A DNA stretch of 63,833 nt, filler included, from Octopus bimaculoides (Eukaryota): the NCBI RefSeq assembly GCF_001194135.2. It is 10 parts of 9 records of this genome, joined end to end, with 100 filler letters (N's around TTAATTAATTAA, not from the genome) between each part and the next. Parts side by side here need not be neighbours in the genome. Positions count along the whole stretch, not along the records: positions 15,414 to 36,787 come from NC_068983.1; positions 36,888 to 43,690 come from NC_068982.1; positions 43,791 to 50,197 come from NC_069002.1; 7 more parts are not named here. One strand, given 5' to 3'. Position numbers and translations under genes: made by a program. Positions within the stretch are counted from its first letter, which is position 1. The number at the start of each line of letters is the position of its first letter. Below the pieces are notes generated by a model. That model was not told the DNA's origin. It searched no databases and saw nothing but the letters and a program-made list of their open reading frames with translations. Below, piece after piece: positions 36,467 through 49,915 of the stretch.

Positions 36467-36919
36467 GAATTAAACAACCAAGCGTTCCCGCTCAATTCAT
36501 TCTCTTTCTCGCTGGCCAGCGATTGAGCATGGACGTATTTAAGCTGTCTCTCTACATCTTTCGGACTTACACTCGACAGCTCGCTCACAACTACAGAACA
36601 ACGTCCCAACAACTATGCTCATACACACAGAAGCTGTAACAACAAGAACTAAAGATGTATATATTTACCACCTAAATAAAGTGTTGTTTAAGTTGATAGT
36701 CTGGAGTTCAGCGTTCCGTTATATTCTAAGTTTATAGTAGGAAAGTCAGGTATACATCTAAAGATGTATAACCAACTTTCCTATACANNNNNNNNNNNNN
36801 NNNNNNNNNNNNNNNNNNNNNNNNNNNNNNNTTAATTAATTAANNNNNNNNNNNNNNNNNNNNNNNNNNNNNNNNNNNNNNNNNNNNTATATATATATAT
36901 ATATAGTGGTTGTCTACTC

Positions 36920-38665
36920 CTTGTGCAAAGTTTGACCATATCCTGTACCTACACCTTAGAACCATCATGGCATCTGATGTGGCCGTTTAAACCAGACAAT
37001 GTTTTGAAAAGACACCCACATAGATTGCACATCCGATTTGGACACCAAGAGCTGCAGGTGAGTTCTAATTTTTGTGGATCTTAAAATGTCTTTTGAGGCT
37101 TCTGTTAGATTGCAGACCTTCTGGCATTGAAAGGTGTGCACAGACATATAGGTACAATAGTTAGTGGAGATTCGTTTTCCACGGGTTTGCAAATGAGATT
37201 TGAACCCAGCAAAAGAAAGGTATGGTCTGTCACAAACTGTGCACACATAAAGGTCATTGTGATTCACCTTCTCGATCGTAACATTCATCCTTAAATCTCT
37301 CTTGAGCCTTCCATGCGTTATCCTGACCTCTTCAAACGCTTTCACTCCTCTCCACACTTCTGATCCCCATCCTGCTCAGTTCGAAGCAAGGGTTGCTATG
37401 GCCTTTGGATCCATTCCAAGTGACTTCGTGGTATACCTTATGCTGTCCTTAAATCTTTTTTTAGGTTTACATCGATAGCATTTCCCACCAGCAAGCTCAC
37501 CATAAAACAGCTGTTTGGGCGTGCGTTCATTCGCCATTCGAACAATATGGCCACACCATCTCATTTGGTTTCTCAAAATCATAGCTGTAATTGAGGTGAT
37601 GCCTGCAGTAAAAGAACTTCAATTAATATTTAAAATGCGATGAAGGCATTTTTGGTGGAATTGTTCTAACAATTTGAAGTGTTCATGTTTCACAAGAATA
37701 CAACAGAGACGGTAAGATAAATGATTTGTAAAGAGCCAACTTTGTATTGTTATTTATTTATATGTCGCTAGCACCAAGCGCGTGACTCCAAGCTACCAAA
37801 TGCTTGTGCTGCCCTTTGAATTTGCAGATGTATTTCTCTATCCAGATTTCCATTATTATATACAGAGCTTCCAATGTAGATGAACGATTCAACAACCTCA
37901 ATTAACTTTCCCTTAACAAAAATGTCAGGGAGTTACAAACATCACCACATACAATTTGGTGCATTACAACTGTTTTTTCAAGTTGATGGTCAAGCCAAAA
38001 CCATCACAAGCTGGGTCAAATGCAGATACAGAAGATTGCAGACCTGTTTCAGAATGACTGACTAGATCGCGATCATCATCGCATAAAAGTTCCCTAATGA
38101 GTGAGGTAAAAACCTTCATTTTGGATTTCAGTCTGGTCAGATTAAAAACATTCTATGTTGTTCGATATTTTATGTAAATATCCTCCTTAGAGTTTTGAAA
38201 AGCATGTGACAACACAACAGCAAAGTATATTGCAAAGAGGGTGGGTGCATCAAGGTCTCTTTGCTTTACTCTATTTTCCACGGCAAAACATTCAGAGAGC
38301 CTACCACCAAAATTAACCCTAGCTTTCATATTTTGATTCAAAACCCTGATCATGTTTACAAATTTTTCTAGGCAATCTATTTTCCTTAGTATAAGCCACA
38401 GAGCATTTCGATTAACAGTTTCGAATGCTTTGCTCAAACCCACAAAGCAATGGTATAGAATAAGATTCTGTTCAATGCACTTTTCTTGAAATAGTCTGAT
38501 AGTAAAGATACAGTCAGCTGTGCCCCTGGAGGAACGAAAACCCACACTGAGATTCAGACACTATATTTGGAACTATGAAAGTATTTAAACGTTCTAACAA
38601 AATGCGGGCAAGTACATTTCCAACTACAGACAAAAGTGAAATCCCACGAAAATTACCACACAGAC
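36920..38665 (-). mobile_element. Degenerate RTE/BovB-like LINE (RT plus C-terminal zinc-finger-like region)
   Basis: Fragments ESQCGFRSSRGTADCIF, LSKAFETVNR, VKQRDLDAPTLF, QMRWCGHIVRMANERTPKQLFYGEL and CTVCDRPYLSFAGFKSH are collinear, with frameshifts and stops. Confidence 0.9.
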
Positions 38666-38738
38666 CGTTTGTTATATGTATTATGTTGATCTAAATAATA
38701 ACTATAGAATGATTATCTAAATTTTTGTCTCTTCAAGT

Positions 38739-38773
<35 letters not shown>

Positions 38774-39013
38774 NNNNNNNNNNNNNNNNNNNNNNNNNNN
38801 NNNNNNNNNNNNNNATATATACATATATATACATATATATATATACATATATATATATATGTTTGTTGTTTATAGTTTCAGCTTAGAGCTGCGGCCATGC
38901 TGATGCATATAAATATATACATGCGTATATATATAAATATATATGTATGTATGTATATATATACATATATATAGTTGGAAGTTACGAAAAAACAAAAGAC
39001 GAAAAGAGGTGTG

Positions 39014-39085
<72 letters not shown>

Positions 39086-40997
39086 ATCACCTGCGCACAT
39101 AATATATATTATGTTCTTTATAGACAAGATGGTCAGTTGGAGCGAATACAGAGAAAAGACGTAATAACGTTTGCTATGAAGCTTTCTTTTTGTCGGATAC
39201 TCTGGGATATGAAACGTAAATTCACTCAGTCAACGACGCTCTGTATTCTGCCAGTCATCTTTCATCAGCTTCAGTAAAGAGAGTTATTAATTTCCAATAT
39301 GCAGAGAATCGCTCACAGTATATATATTACAAAGATAGAAACAAAAATGGAAGGCACGATAACTCAAGTGGAAAGGTTGTGTAGACGGATAATGTAGGGA
39401 GTCAAAGAGTAAATAGTGTGTGCAAATATAATAATGGCAAAGGTCAATACAGCTCTTTTTTTTCTTTTTTCTTTTGCTTCTCCTTCATCTCGATAACATC
39501 GTTTTACTTCAGTAAAATGTAAAAGAAAAAAGCTAACATATTGAAAAAATCCAATTCTGTAAATCTTAGATTTCTAAGAAAATCAAATACGTAACCATTT
39601 CGCTGTATACATTTATAGGCAATATTAAGTAACAGGATGTGTTACACACCAGAGACTTTCCTACACCATCGTTCAGTGAAATCAAAATTGATATTAGCAA
39701 GCCGCCGTGTGTTTATAAATCTAGTCTGAAATGGGAATTATTTAGAGTTTGTCTTTACAGATTTTGTTTTTTGTGTGTGTGTGTAAGAGAGAGAGAGAGA
39801 GATAAACAGCCTTCATGTTTATGTTTACAATCAGACTTAATTGGGTAGACAATTTATAACAGGCATATGTGTATGTGAGTGTGTGTGTGTATGCACATGT
39901 ATGTAAATATGCTTATATATGCGCGTATGTGTGTTTGTGTATTAATTTAGAATTCGCATGAATTTCATATATGAACTCTGTCATGTATTGAATTTTAACC
40001 GGTGACGAGATGCTGCGAGTACAGCTGTCCCCCTCTCTTACTTCCTTCTCTTACTTCCTTTCTTTATTGTCCTCCTCCGTTCTATGAAAAACATCCAATC
40101 AGATACAAGTTACTGACAGCAAATTTTCGAGTATCTTCACTAAATTTTCCGAATTACACTCATATTAGCGGGAATTGCCCTGACCACGGTTTTCCTCCAT
40201 CCAACCTCTCTGCTGGCGAAATCATATTTGCTCCCAGGTGCATTGGTTTTCGAAATTAATATATCTTTGTTCTGATATTTTTTCGTCATATCGCAATAGC
40301 TATGACTTTACGTGGCACTGAGATCCGTTTTAATGTCTAAATGCACATTCAGTAAGGTTTGATTGATATTAAACGGACGTACGTGTGCGTGCGTGTGTGT
40401 GTGTGTAGTTGGAAGAGAGAGATATATATATATATATAGTTAGAGAAAGAAACGAGAGAGACAGAGAAAAAGAAAGAGAGAAATGGAGTTGTATGGCATA
40501 ATCGAAAAGAATTAAGAAGTGAACTACTGAATCACAAGGACCCGGGTTCAATCTCTCCAAGTGTTATCTTGTATAAACGTCTTTTACTCCAAGCATTGTG
40601 AATTAAATGGAGGAAGACCATCAACCAAATTACGTCAATCCAGTCATGCCATACCCACTGCATCACGTTGATTCTAAGGGTTACATTTAAGTAGATATGT
40701 CTGTGGAACACTCAACGACGTTCACATTAATTCACTGATTCGTTCAGTTCATCGAACGACCGAATACTCTTCATCGAAACCGACGAAGACCCATTTAATT
40801 TACTATGTGCGGTGGGAGTGCGTGTGTATGTGTTTTTGCCTGTTTTTGTTATGTGCACATGTGTGTGTGTGGGTGGGTGTGAATTCAAAGAAAATGGAAA
40901 GTGAAAGTAACACTTTTCATGATTAACAACATACTGCACTTCTGGCTGCAAAACATATTTTGAAGTGTCTGGTCGAATGTAATTTAAAACATTGCTG

Positions 40998-41162
40998 TCA
41001 TCGTCATCATCATCATCATCATCATCATTATCACCATCATCATCATTATCACCATGACCATCATCATCATCGTCGTCATCAGTTTTATCATGTTTTCAAT
41101 TATTCCAGCCGTCATTGCACTGCACCTTGAGAGTATGGAAGTGTACTTCTCTCTCTCTCTCA

Positions 41163-41203
<41 letters not shown>

Positions 41204-41315
41204 CTTCTCACTCTCTCGCTCTCACTCACCCAATCACTCACTTGCTCTTACTGTAGCTCCCTCTCATCTCCCCCCCCCCAGCGTTAGAAACTGTGCAAAG
41301 ACAATAACAATAATG

Positions 41316-41411
<96 letters not shown>
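40998..41411. repeat. Compound microsatellite cluster (CAT)n, (CT)n, poly-C, (AAT)n
   Basis: Directly visible. The perfect AAT run spans about 41315-41411. Confidence 0.92.
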
Positions 41412-41412
<1 letters not shown>

Positions 41413-41414
41413 GT

Positions 41415-41580
41415 ATTTCGTCTGCCGCTACGTTCTGAGTTCAAATTCCGCCTCGGTCAACTTTGCCTTTCGTCCTTACGGTGATCGATAAAATAACTAT
41501 CAATTGATTACTGGGATCGATGCACGCGATTTATCCCTGCCCCCGAACTTGCTGTTCTTGTGCCAAAATTTGAAACCATC
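41415..41580 (+). mobile_element. SINE family B, 5'-truncated
   Basis: atttcgtctgccgctacgttctgagttcaaattccgcc core. Confidence 0.8.
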
Positions 41581-42231
41581 ACTGTTGTTGTTATTATTAT
41601 TATTATTATTTAGAAAGCGAGCTAGTAGAATCGTTAGAGGATTGGGAATATTTTCTTCGTAGTATTTCTTTCGTCTATATGATTGAAGCACAAATCCCGC
41701 CGTGGCCATCTTTTCGAGGCCAATAGATTAAAATAGTAATCAAGTAGTGAGGTTGAGGAAACTGAACTGCCCCTCCTCTCAAAATTGCTGGCCTTGTGCA
41801 GAAATTAAAAAGAATTCTTATCATCGACGTGTGTTCCTTAATTGAAGGAGACAACAAACTTAACCCCATTGTCTGCAACGAACTGACAGTTGTGTGAGCT
41901 ATGTTTGAACTGTCAAGAAATTTAACGTTTCAAACTGGTAGAGCTGTGGGAGTCAGCCATGACAGCCAAAGCAGTAACAACGCTGTAGCTGTCGTCTGAT
42001 TTGACCATTTTGCTTATCAACGTGAAAAAAGTAACTTTTCGGAAGTTTTTTTCAGAAAAATATTACTAATGTGTAGCTCTTAACCCCGACACTACTAATG
42101 GTGCAACGGTGAAAGAAAGGTAGGGCAGAAAATGACACCGGTATGGACAACAGTGATGATATAATAACAATGAACTATAATCGAAGAAGCACCACCAAAA
42201 AAAAAATATAGACAACAACAAAAAGACTATA

Positions 42232-42728
42232 ATCTTTTCTACTCTAGGCACAAGGCCTGAAATTTGGTGGAGGACGGAGCCAGTCGATTAGATCGACCCC
42301 AATACGCAACTGGTACTTATTTTATCGACCCTGAAAGGATGAAAGGCAAAGTCGACCTCGCCAGGATTTGAACACAGAACGTAAAGACAGACGAAATACC
42401 TATTTCTGTATTGCCCACAAGAGGCTAAACATAGAGGGGACAAACAAGGACAGACAAACGGATTATGTCGATTACATCGACCCCAGTGCGTAACTGGTAC
42501 TTAATTTATCGACCCCGAAAGGATGAAAGGCAAAGTCGACCTCGGCGGAATTTGAACTCAGAACGTAACGGCAGACGAAATACCGCTAAGCATTTCGCCC
42601 GGTGTGCTAACGTTTCTTTTTTTTTTCTACTCTAGGCACAAGGCTCGAAATTTTGGGGGAGGGGGCCAGTCGATTAATTCGACCGCAGTACACAACTGGT
42701 ACTAAGTATTTCGCCCGACGTGCTAACC
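42232..42728 (-). mobile_element. Composite of three SINE family B pieces with two different tails
   Basis: Repeated cores. The tails ctactctaggcacaagg and tatttctgtattgcccacaagagg both occur. Confidence 0.85.
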
Positions 42729-43508
42729 AAGGGACATGCTCAACTGGTTAAGGTCAAACAACTTACAAGCAAATCTGTGGAATTAAGCAGAATATTTATT
42801 ATAGCCCATCTTTTATACCAAGACAAAACAATGTAACGCTTCCAATCAGTTAAGATCAGAAACCATGAGAACACTGCCTGGTACTGCATCCAGGCATTTA
42901 TTTATTATTATTATTATTATTGTTAGCATCACCATCATCACCATCATCAGCATCACCATCATCATCATCATCATCATCATCATCATTGCTGCTTCTGATT
43001 GTTGCTGTTATTGCCACTTCTTTTGTTGATACAGAAAAGATATTCTTCCATACTTATTGTATGAAAAAGGGTGGGGTTTCATCATTTTAGTTCAGAAAGG
43101 GTTCAGAATTTTGACTTGACATAAAAAAAAGAAGTTTTCTTTAAACATTTCAAACGGTTCTAAACATTTTTGACAAATAGCCATGTGCAATGTTTACTCG
43201 TGTTGCATGATGGTCCCCTAAGAACTGGAAAAAAAGATTCAATCTCCAAAGTAGGGAAAAATAATATAAACAAACACATTTCCAAACCAAAAACATTAGA
43301 AACGCAGAGACAGGGCTCCATGGTTAAACACTTCTATTCAGATAGACACAAACAACAACAAGAACACTAACAACAGCAATGACATTCCTTCACTTGCTCG
43401 TTGCGATGGTGGCGGGAGCGATTTTATTCGGCCTGAATTGTTTACATTATTTACATTATTTACATTATTTACATTTGACGGATATTTGTCCTCATCTTGT
43501 TTATTGTT

Positions 43509-43555
43509 AACTCAACGTTTCAGCTGATATACCCTCCAGCCTTCATCAGGTGTTT
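43509..43555 (-). ncRNA. Minimal hammerhead-like motif in a probable Penelope terminal repeat
   Basis: AACAC-CUGAUGA-a-GGCUG(10 nt)CAGCU-GAAA-CG-UU-GAGUU, with one stem I mismatch. Confidence 0.5.
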
Positions 43556-43602
43556 TGGGGAAATTTCGAACCTGGGTTCTCATTCCAAAGATATTTTTCG
43601 AT

Positions 43603-43615
43603 GTTATTATTATTA

Positions 43616-43664
<49 letters not shown>
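43603..43664. repeat. (TTA)n microsatellite
   Basis: Directly visible. Confidence 0.9.
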
Positions 43665-43667
<3 letters not shown>

Positions 43668-43790
43668 TGTCACTGCCTGGAATCGAACTCNNNNNNNNNN
43701 NNNNNNNNNNNNNNNNNNNNNNNNNNNNNNNNNNTTAATTAATTAANNNNNNNNNNNNNNNNNNNNNNNNNNNNNNNNNNNNNNNNNNNN

Positions 43791-43825
<35 letters not shown>

Positions 43826-44724
43826 CACACACCATACATTTCAACCCTGGATTGCAGAAAGGCAGTTATATATTTCTTAAAGCATCACCGTCGTAATTAC
43901 GACCACTAATTTTACAGCCACAGAATTTAACACCAAAATCAGCAATGCCATTTACACAACTAATGAATCAAGCTAGTTAATGGACATCTACAGGCTCAAA
44001 TTGTCAGCTAGAAATAGTTACTCAATTACACTCTCATATGCAAAATCTCAATGCAAATATTCCAAGACACATTCTCCAAAATAAACACCGTGGACATGAC
44101 GAGTGTGCCTCAGATTATAGTCTACTATATCAGTGCTGAACTGAAATTAAACAATAAATTCAATTGTATATTGCTTAATTAGATTTTAGGAGAAAATGTT
44201 GATTAATAGCTTGATAGGTTGCAGGGAGAACGTGAAGCTTGCTTTAGTGTGACCTATTAGGTAATGGACGAAGTAAGCTTGAATGCATTTAGTCGTATAG
44301 CATTCTGTTCTGCTTTCGAATCTTCCCTTCGGTCAAGCGGTTTCGATAAAATAGTTCCATTTACTGTGATTTACTCCAGGATATGTATTCAAGATTTAAA
44401 ATATTATAGTATACTTACACACGCATATAGAATATATACATATATGTGTGTACGTGTACGTTTTCATGTGTATATATATATGTACTTGTGCATTTAAATA
44501 TCTACCAAATATTTTGGTAAAATAATTATTTATTGTAACTGTTACCAAAATAGCAAAATGCTCACTTGAATAGTTGTTTATACTTTGTTTAAATATCACG
44601 ACTTTCGTATAGGTGATACAATTTTGGGTGCATATCAATTGAAATAAGAGCCATCCTATATATTAATAAAATGTGTTTATTATCCTATTAATATACAGGA
44701 TTGCGTCATGGCTCTTATCTCAAT

Positions 44725-44770
<46 letters not shown>

Positions 44771-46049
44771 GACAAAAAACTTTTCATGGACATTCATAAA
44801 TCTTTTAATGCATTGCTACATACATTTCCAAAAATCTCATGTATAATTGCTGTAATTCCCTTTCATGAGATATTAAAAAACATCATTTGCAATATCCATG
44901 GAATTTAAGGGAAAAGTTATTGGATGTGTTCGTTTATTCAAACAAAAATTCCATTACTGTTTGGGTGATTCAAATGTTTAGCGGAGGGATATTTACCAAT
45001 TTACACTACTCAAAATATTGTGCGGGGTTTAAACCTCGCATACGCTCTTCTGACTACTATATTTATCTTACGCTGTAGGAACATCAAACTAACAACCAGC
45101 CCATAATAAGCGGTAGCCGGAATAACTAACATAGGAGCATTTGTTATCAGCGTAATTATAAACGAATTTAAAGGTATGTGTGTGTGTTTGCGCCTGTGTG
45201 TGCCTGTGCGTGCACGCTTGTATCTATTACTGTTATGTCTCAAGCCACTGCTATCTAGCACCTTTGGATGATCTCTACTCAACCGCTACACAACTGCTAT
45301 TCGACTGCTACTCAACCCTCTACCACGGGCAGACTACATCTATTTATATGTCTTGGGAGATCCTACTTCTTCGCCTGGAGGCATCGACACAACAATTACA
45401 TAATCATTCGTACAAACCATTATATGTAGCATATTATCTCTTAAAACTGAGGCTGGAGGCTAAGACTAGCATGTATTGTTTAAGGGCGTAATTAGTTGAT
45501 ATTATTGATTTCATTACTTGATTGGTACTTAATTTTGTGACACCAGAGGCATGAAAAGTACAGCAGATTTTACCAGAATTAGATCTCAGAGTCAGACGAA
45601 ATGTATGAAGGCAAGATAGCTGACGCGCTACTGATTCTGCTCACACACCTTCCACTGTGTCATATAAAATTGGAAAGAATATCTCAGTCTTCAAGTACAC
45701 TCCATTAAAAGATATATTGCTGTTTGTCGATATAAACACAAAAATCGAGAAAAATCAATAGAGCCATGAATATTTATACATGGAAGCGGAACATTTAACA
45801 CTTATTTCTACAGATCATATAATTGTTGTTACAGCTACTTTCATTCAACAGGCATGAAATGAGGTATATTTTAAACGAGGTATTTTTATTATTATTATTA
45901 TTACAAAATAGATTTTGAATATTTCAAGAGATAGAATTTCATAGGAGGATGACATGGATGTTATTCTTAGAGAGACAATAGATAATGTAGTATACAAGAC
46001 GAAGCGGTTTTAACTTATACACACACAAACACACACACACACGCACACG

Positions 46050-46082
<33 letters not shown>

Positions 46083-46664
46083 GTATTTGTATAGTGTATA
46101 AGCATATATCTATCTTTATATATATATATATATNNNNNNNNNNNNNNNNNNNNNNNNNNNNNNNNNNNNNNNNNNNNNNNNNNNNNNNNNNNNNNNNNNN
46201 NNNNNNNNNNNNNNNNNNNNNNNNNNNNNNNNNNNNNNNNNNNNNNNNNNNNNNNNNNNNNNNNNNNNNNNNNNNNNNNNNNNNNNNNNNNNNNNNNNNN
46301 NNNNNNNNNNNNNNNNNNNNNNNNNNNNNNNNNNNNNNNNNNNNNNNNNNNNNNNNNNNNNNNNNNNNNNNNNNNNNNNNNNNNNNNNNNNNNNNNNNNN
46401 NNNNNNNNNNNNNNNNNNNNNNNNNNNNNNNNNNNNNNNNNNNNNNNNNNNNNNNNNNNNNNNNNNNNNNNNNNNNNNNNNNNNNNNNNNNNNNNNNNNN
46501 NNNNNNNNNNNNNNNNNNNNNNNNNNNNNNNNNNNNNNNNNNNNNNNNNNNNNNNNNNNNNNNNNNNNNNNNNNNNNNNNNNNNNNNNNNNNNNNNNNNN
46601 NNNNNNNNNNNNNNNNNNNNNNNNNNNNNNNNNNNNNNNNNNNNNNNNNNNNNNNNNNNNNNNN

Positions 46665-46695
<31 letters not shown>

Positions 46696-47502
46696 GACAG
46701 CAGGTTGCAATGTTTCACCAAAAGAGAGAATTATAATTGTCACTAAATATGACTAGGGTGTTAGAACTAAAGTCCTCTAACACTATAGTGAACGCACATG
46801 AATGAACACATTTACACTAACAGGGACCATAATCGTCCGAAATATGCCGATTGAGAATTCTTAATACTGGTGTCAGTTTCGGCAATTCCTGTTGCCTCAC
46901 CAGTTAAGACCGCTCTATTCTCGGACCTGCTTCGCTATTACTATATGGACATGTATGCGTGTAAGTGCATGCACATTGATATTCAAGCGTATTTTACACA
47001 TGTGTATATATGAAATATGAAACATAGAGATGTCCACACAGTGGCACAATTAAGACAAAATACATCAAAAGCCCATTTAATTTATTCTTTATTGCTTGAC
47101 TTAATATTTATGCATGTAGATTTTGTAATGTATTGAAATATTTGAGAAACAATTATTTCACATTGCCTTTATAAATCAATGGGTCATGTACTATTATATT
47201 AAAATATTTATATGATTTATCAATTAATAAATATATGTTTTCGTGAAACATATTCGTCAATCATCAATTATTTAGAAACCATGTGAACTGTATACGTCAT
47301 ATACAATATTCATGTAAGATAGTTTTCATACATGATTTCTTTTTTTTTCCTTATTCTCAGAATGAAATCATGAACAGTTTTAAAGTGTGCATGCACTATT
47401 CATATATATTCAATTCAGCTAGCATATTAACTATGAACTCTGACAACTTACTTCACATAAGTACATGTTATTTAAGTAAGCTTTTGTATTTCCAGCGTAC
47501 CG

Positions 47503-47552
<50 letters not shown>

Positions 47553-47799
47553 NNNNNNNNNNNNNNNNNNNNNNNNNNNNNNNNNNNNNNNNNNNNNNNN
47601 NNNNNNNNNNNNNNNNNNNNNNNNNNNNNNNNNNNNNNNNNNNNNNNNNNNNNNNNNNNNNNNNNNNNNNNNNNNNNNNNNNNNNNNNNNNNNNNNNNNN
47701 NNNNNNNNNNNNNNNNNNNNNNNNNNNNNNNNNNNNNNNNNNNNNNNNNNNNNNNNNNNNNNNNNNNNNNNNNNNNNNNNNNNNNNNNNNNNNNNNNNN

Positions 47800-47846
<47 letters not shown>

Positions 47847-49478
47847 GTATGTATACGAGGGGAGGCGGGTGTTCGTATGTGTGAGTGTGTGTGCGTGCTG
47901 GTGTGCGTGTTTTTCTCTGAGTGCGTGTTTACGCATGTGTGCGTCTATATACATATATATAGAAACAAATACGTGTATAACAAGTACCACACTACATATA
48001 CTTGATCAACTGTAATGATGTCCACCTCGAGTCGACGTAACATGATTATCAAACGGCAACTAATACCGACTCTAAAATGAGAAGGGACATACTCAGGATT
48101 CAAGAATTTTCCAAACTAATAAGAAATATTTAAAAAAAAACAGAGACTTATTGTTTAGGGAAAATAAAACACTCTTGGGCAACTGTTTCTGCCTCAATAC
48201 TCTTCATCAGCAAACATTTCTTAAATATTCTAACTCAGAAGGAACCTGCACATATATACAAAAAGAAGAAAAAGAGCAGGACACGTTAATGTCTTCGCAA
48301 ATTTGAAAAAATCAGAAAAATGAATTAAAAGAAATAAATTAGAATGGCCAATAACTTGTATATTAATAACATCTACATATATAAGTATACCAATTAAAAT
48401 ACTACAGCAATTCTTCCTTTTAAAAAAATTCCTCCCACTCTAAAACATGTGTAACAATTAACAAGTAGTAATTGATCACAGCTCCATTCGATTAGGGGAG
48501 AACATCTCTAGAATCAAGAATTTTCCAAAGTTGGTACGAAAATGAGTAAAAGACAGACGTATGTGTTGGAGATACGAGAACAGTTGTGGACACATGTTTC
48601 TCACTGAACATGCGTCATCAGCAATATATGAATATATTTCTCTCTTTTGGTTGTTGGATATATATTAGGGAGAATTGTCTTGATGTCGAGTCTTACTGAG
48701 TCGGAAGGACTAGTAAAATAATCCTTTCGATTGGGTGTAAATTTTGGAGAATTCTCTCCTTTTCATATAGCGCTTTTCTCATTTGCTGCTTGGCAATTGA
48801 AAAAAACTCGGATATAATTCTCACAAGTTAAGAATTTTATATGTACTTTGATATCTCGTATATGGTTAAGTTGTTCATATTCATGAACAGACCACTCTGA
48901 CGTATATCATTGATCTCATCTCCGCATAATATACACACTCACATGCGCGCATGTGTTGAAATGCTAAGTTTTGGGAGTGGAAAATAATTGTAAAAGCACA
49001 GAATTTCGTAAAGCCTTGAAATACAATTCAATAATTATCCGACACGAAATAACCTGCTTGAAATAGCTCTCTATACATGGGCAAAATCGCAAATCACTGT
49101 TTCTGTAAATCAAAAACAAATGTTCAGTATTCAGGATGATATACAAAATGACGAAATGACTTGTATAAAGGCCGGAAAATGTGTCTGGCATTGGGGTAAA
49201 CCGATAGAATTCTATCTTTTCTTTTTCTAAAGTATAAAAAGACTAACAATGAAACTGTAGATATTTTGAGTATGGTGTTAGAATAAAAAATTAGATCTGT
49301 CAGATTTAATTATGTTTTTGTCTTTCCAAGCTTTAAAATGATGATTGCCTATTTTAGATGATACTTATGGAAGAAAAATCTGAACACACTCCTGAAAAGT
49401 CACGTGTTTTCCCACGTCCTCAACACACATCCAGATACACACAACACCTAAGTACGTTACATCTGCATATCTGTGTGT

Positions 49479-49553
<75 letters not shown>

Positions 49554-49609
49554 CAGAGAGAGACAGAGAGAGACAGACACACACACACACACACGCATGC
49601 GTATGTACA

Positions 49610-49915
49610 TACAGGGAAGACGCTCTGTTTGTAATCCGGAACTCTAGTAAACGCAAAATGGAACAACTTAGGAAAAGGATCAGTTATTTTTTTAAAAACG
49701 TGGATCTTCGCGTCTCTTTCAGTTCCAGTATTAAAATAGCTAAGTTCCTATTTTTCACTCTAGATTTACAAAACAACACATTCTGTCTGTACTATAATCC
49801 CGGTGGGGACCCCAACTATCTTAACTTATCCTCCAATCATCACCCCACCATCTGTCCACAAATCTATCGTGAATAGCGTATCCCTATCCGCCACTAACGA
49901 AAAACTCGAGCAATA
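49610..49915 (+). mobile_element. Penelope-like element reverse transcriptase remnant
   Basis: YREDALFVIRN...FKNVDLRVSFSSSIKIAKFLFFTLDLQNNTFCLYYNPGGDPNYLNLSSNHHPTI resembles the PLE RT C-terminal pattern (YRDDGL...NFLDVTLDL...YINxxSNHPP). The catalytic YxDD is degraded to YRED. Truncated on the 5' side by a microsatellite. Confidence 0.75.

Noticed and set aside
40745-40800. Minus-strand VGFDE resembling the CRAL-TRIO motif xGxDxxGRP
   Set aside because: A stop follows within 7 codons, there is no GRPV continuation and no splice sites.
46815-46850. CTAACAG-GGAC...GTCC-GAAA-TATG-CC hammerhead-like string
   Set aside because: Three core mismatches, no stem I and an altered cleavage site make it too degenerate to call.
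47320-47460. Strong plus-strand acceptor (ttttttttccttattctcag) and isolated plus-strand donor at ~61022
   Set aside because: No partner splice sites or recognisable peptide; such sites arise by chance in AT-rich DNA.
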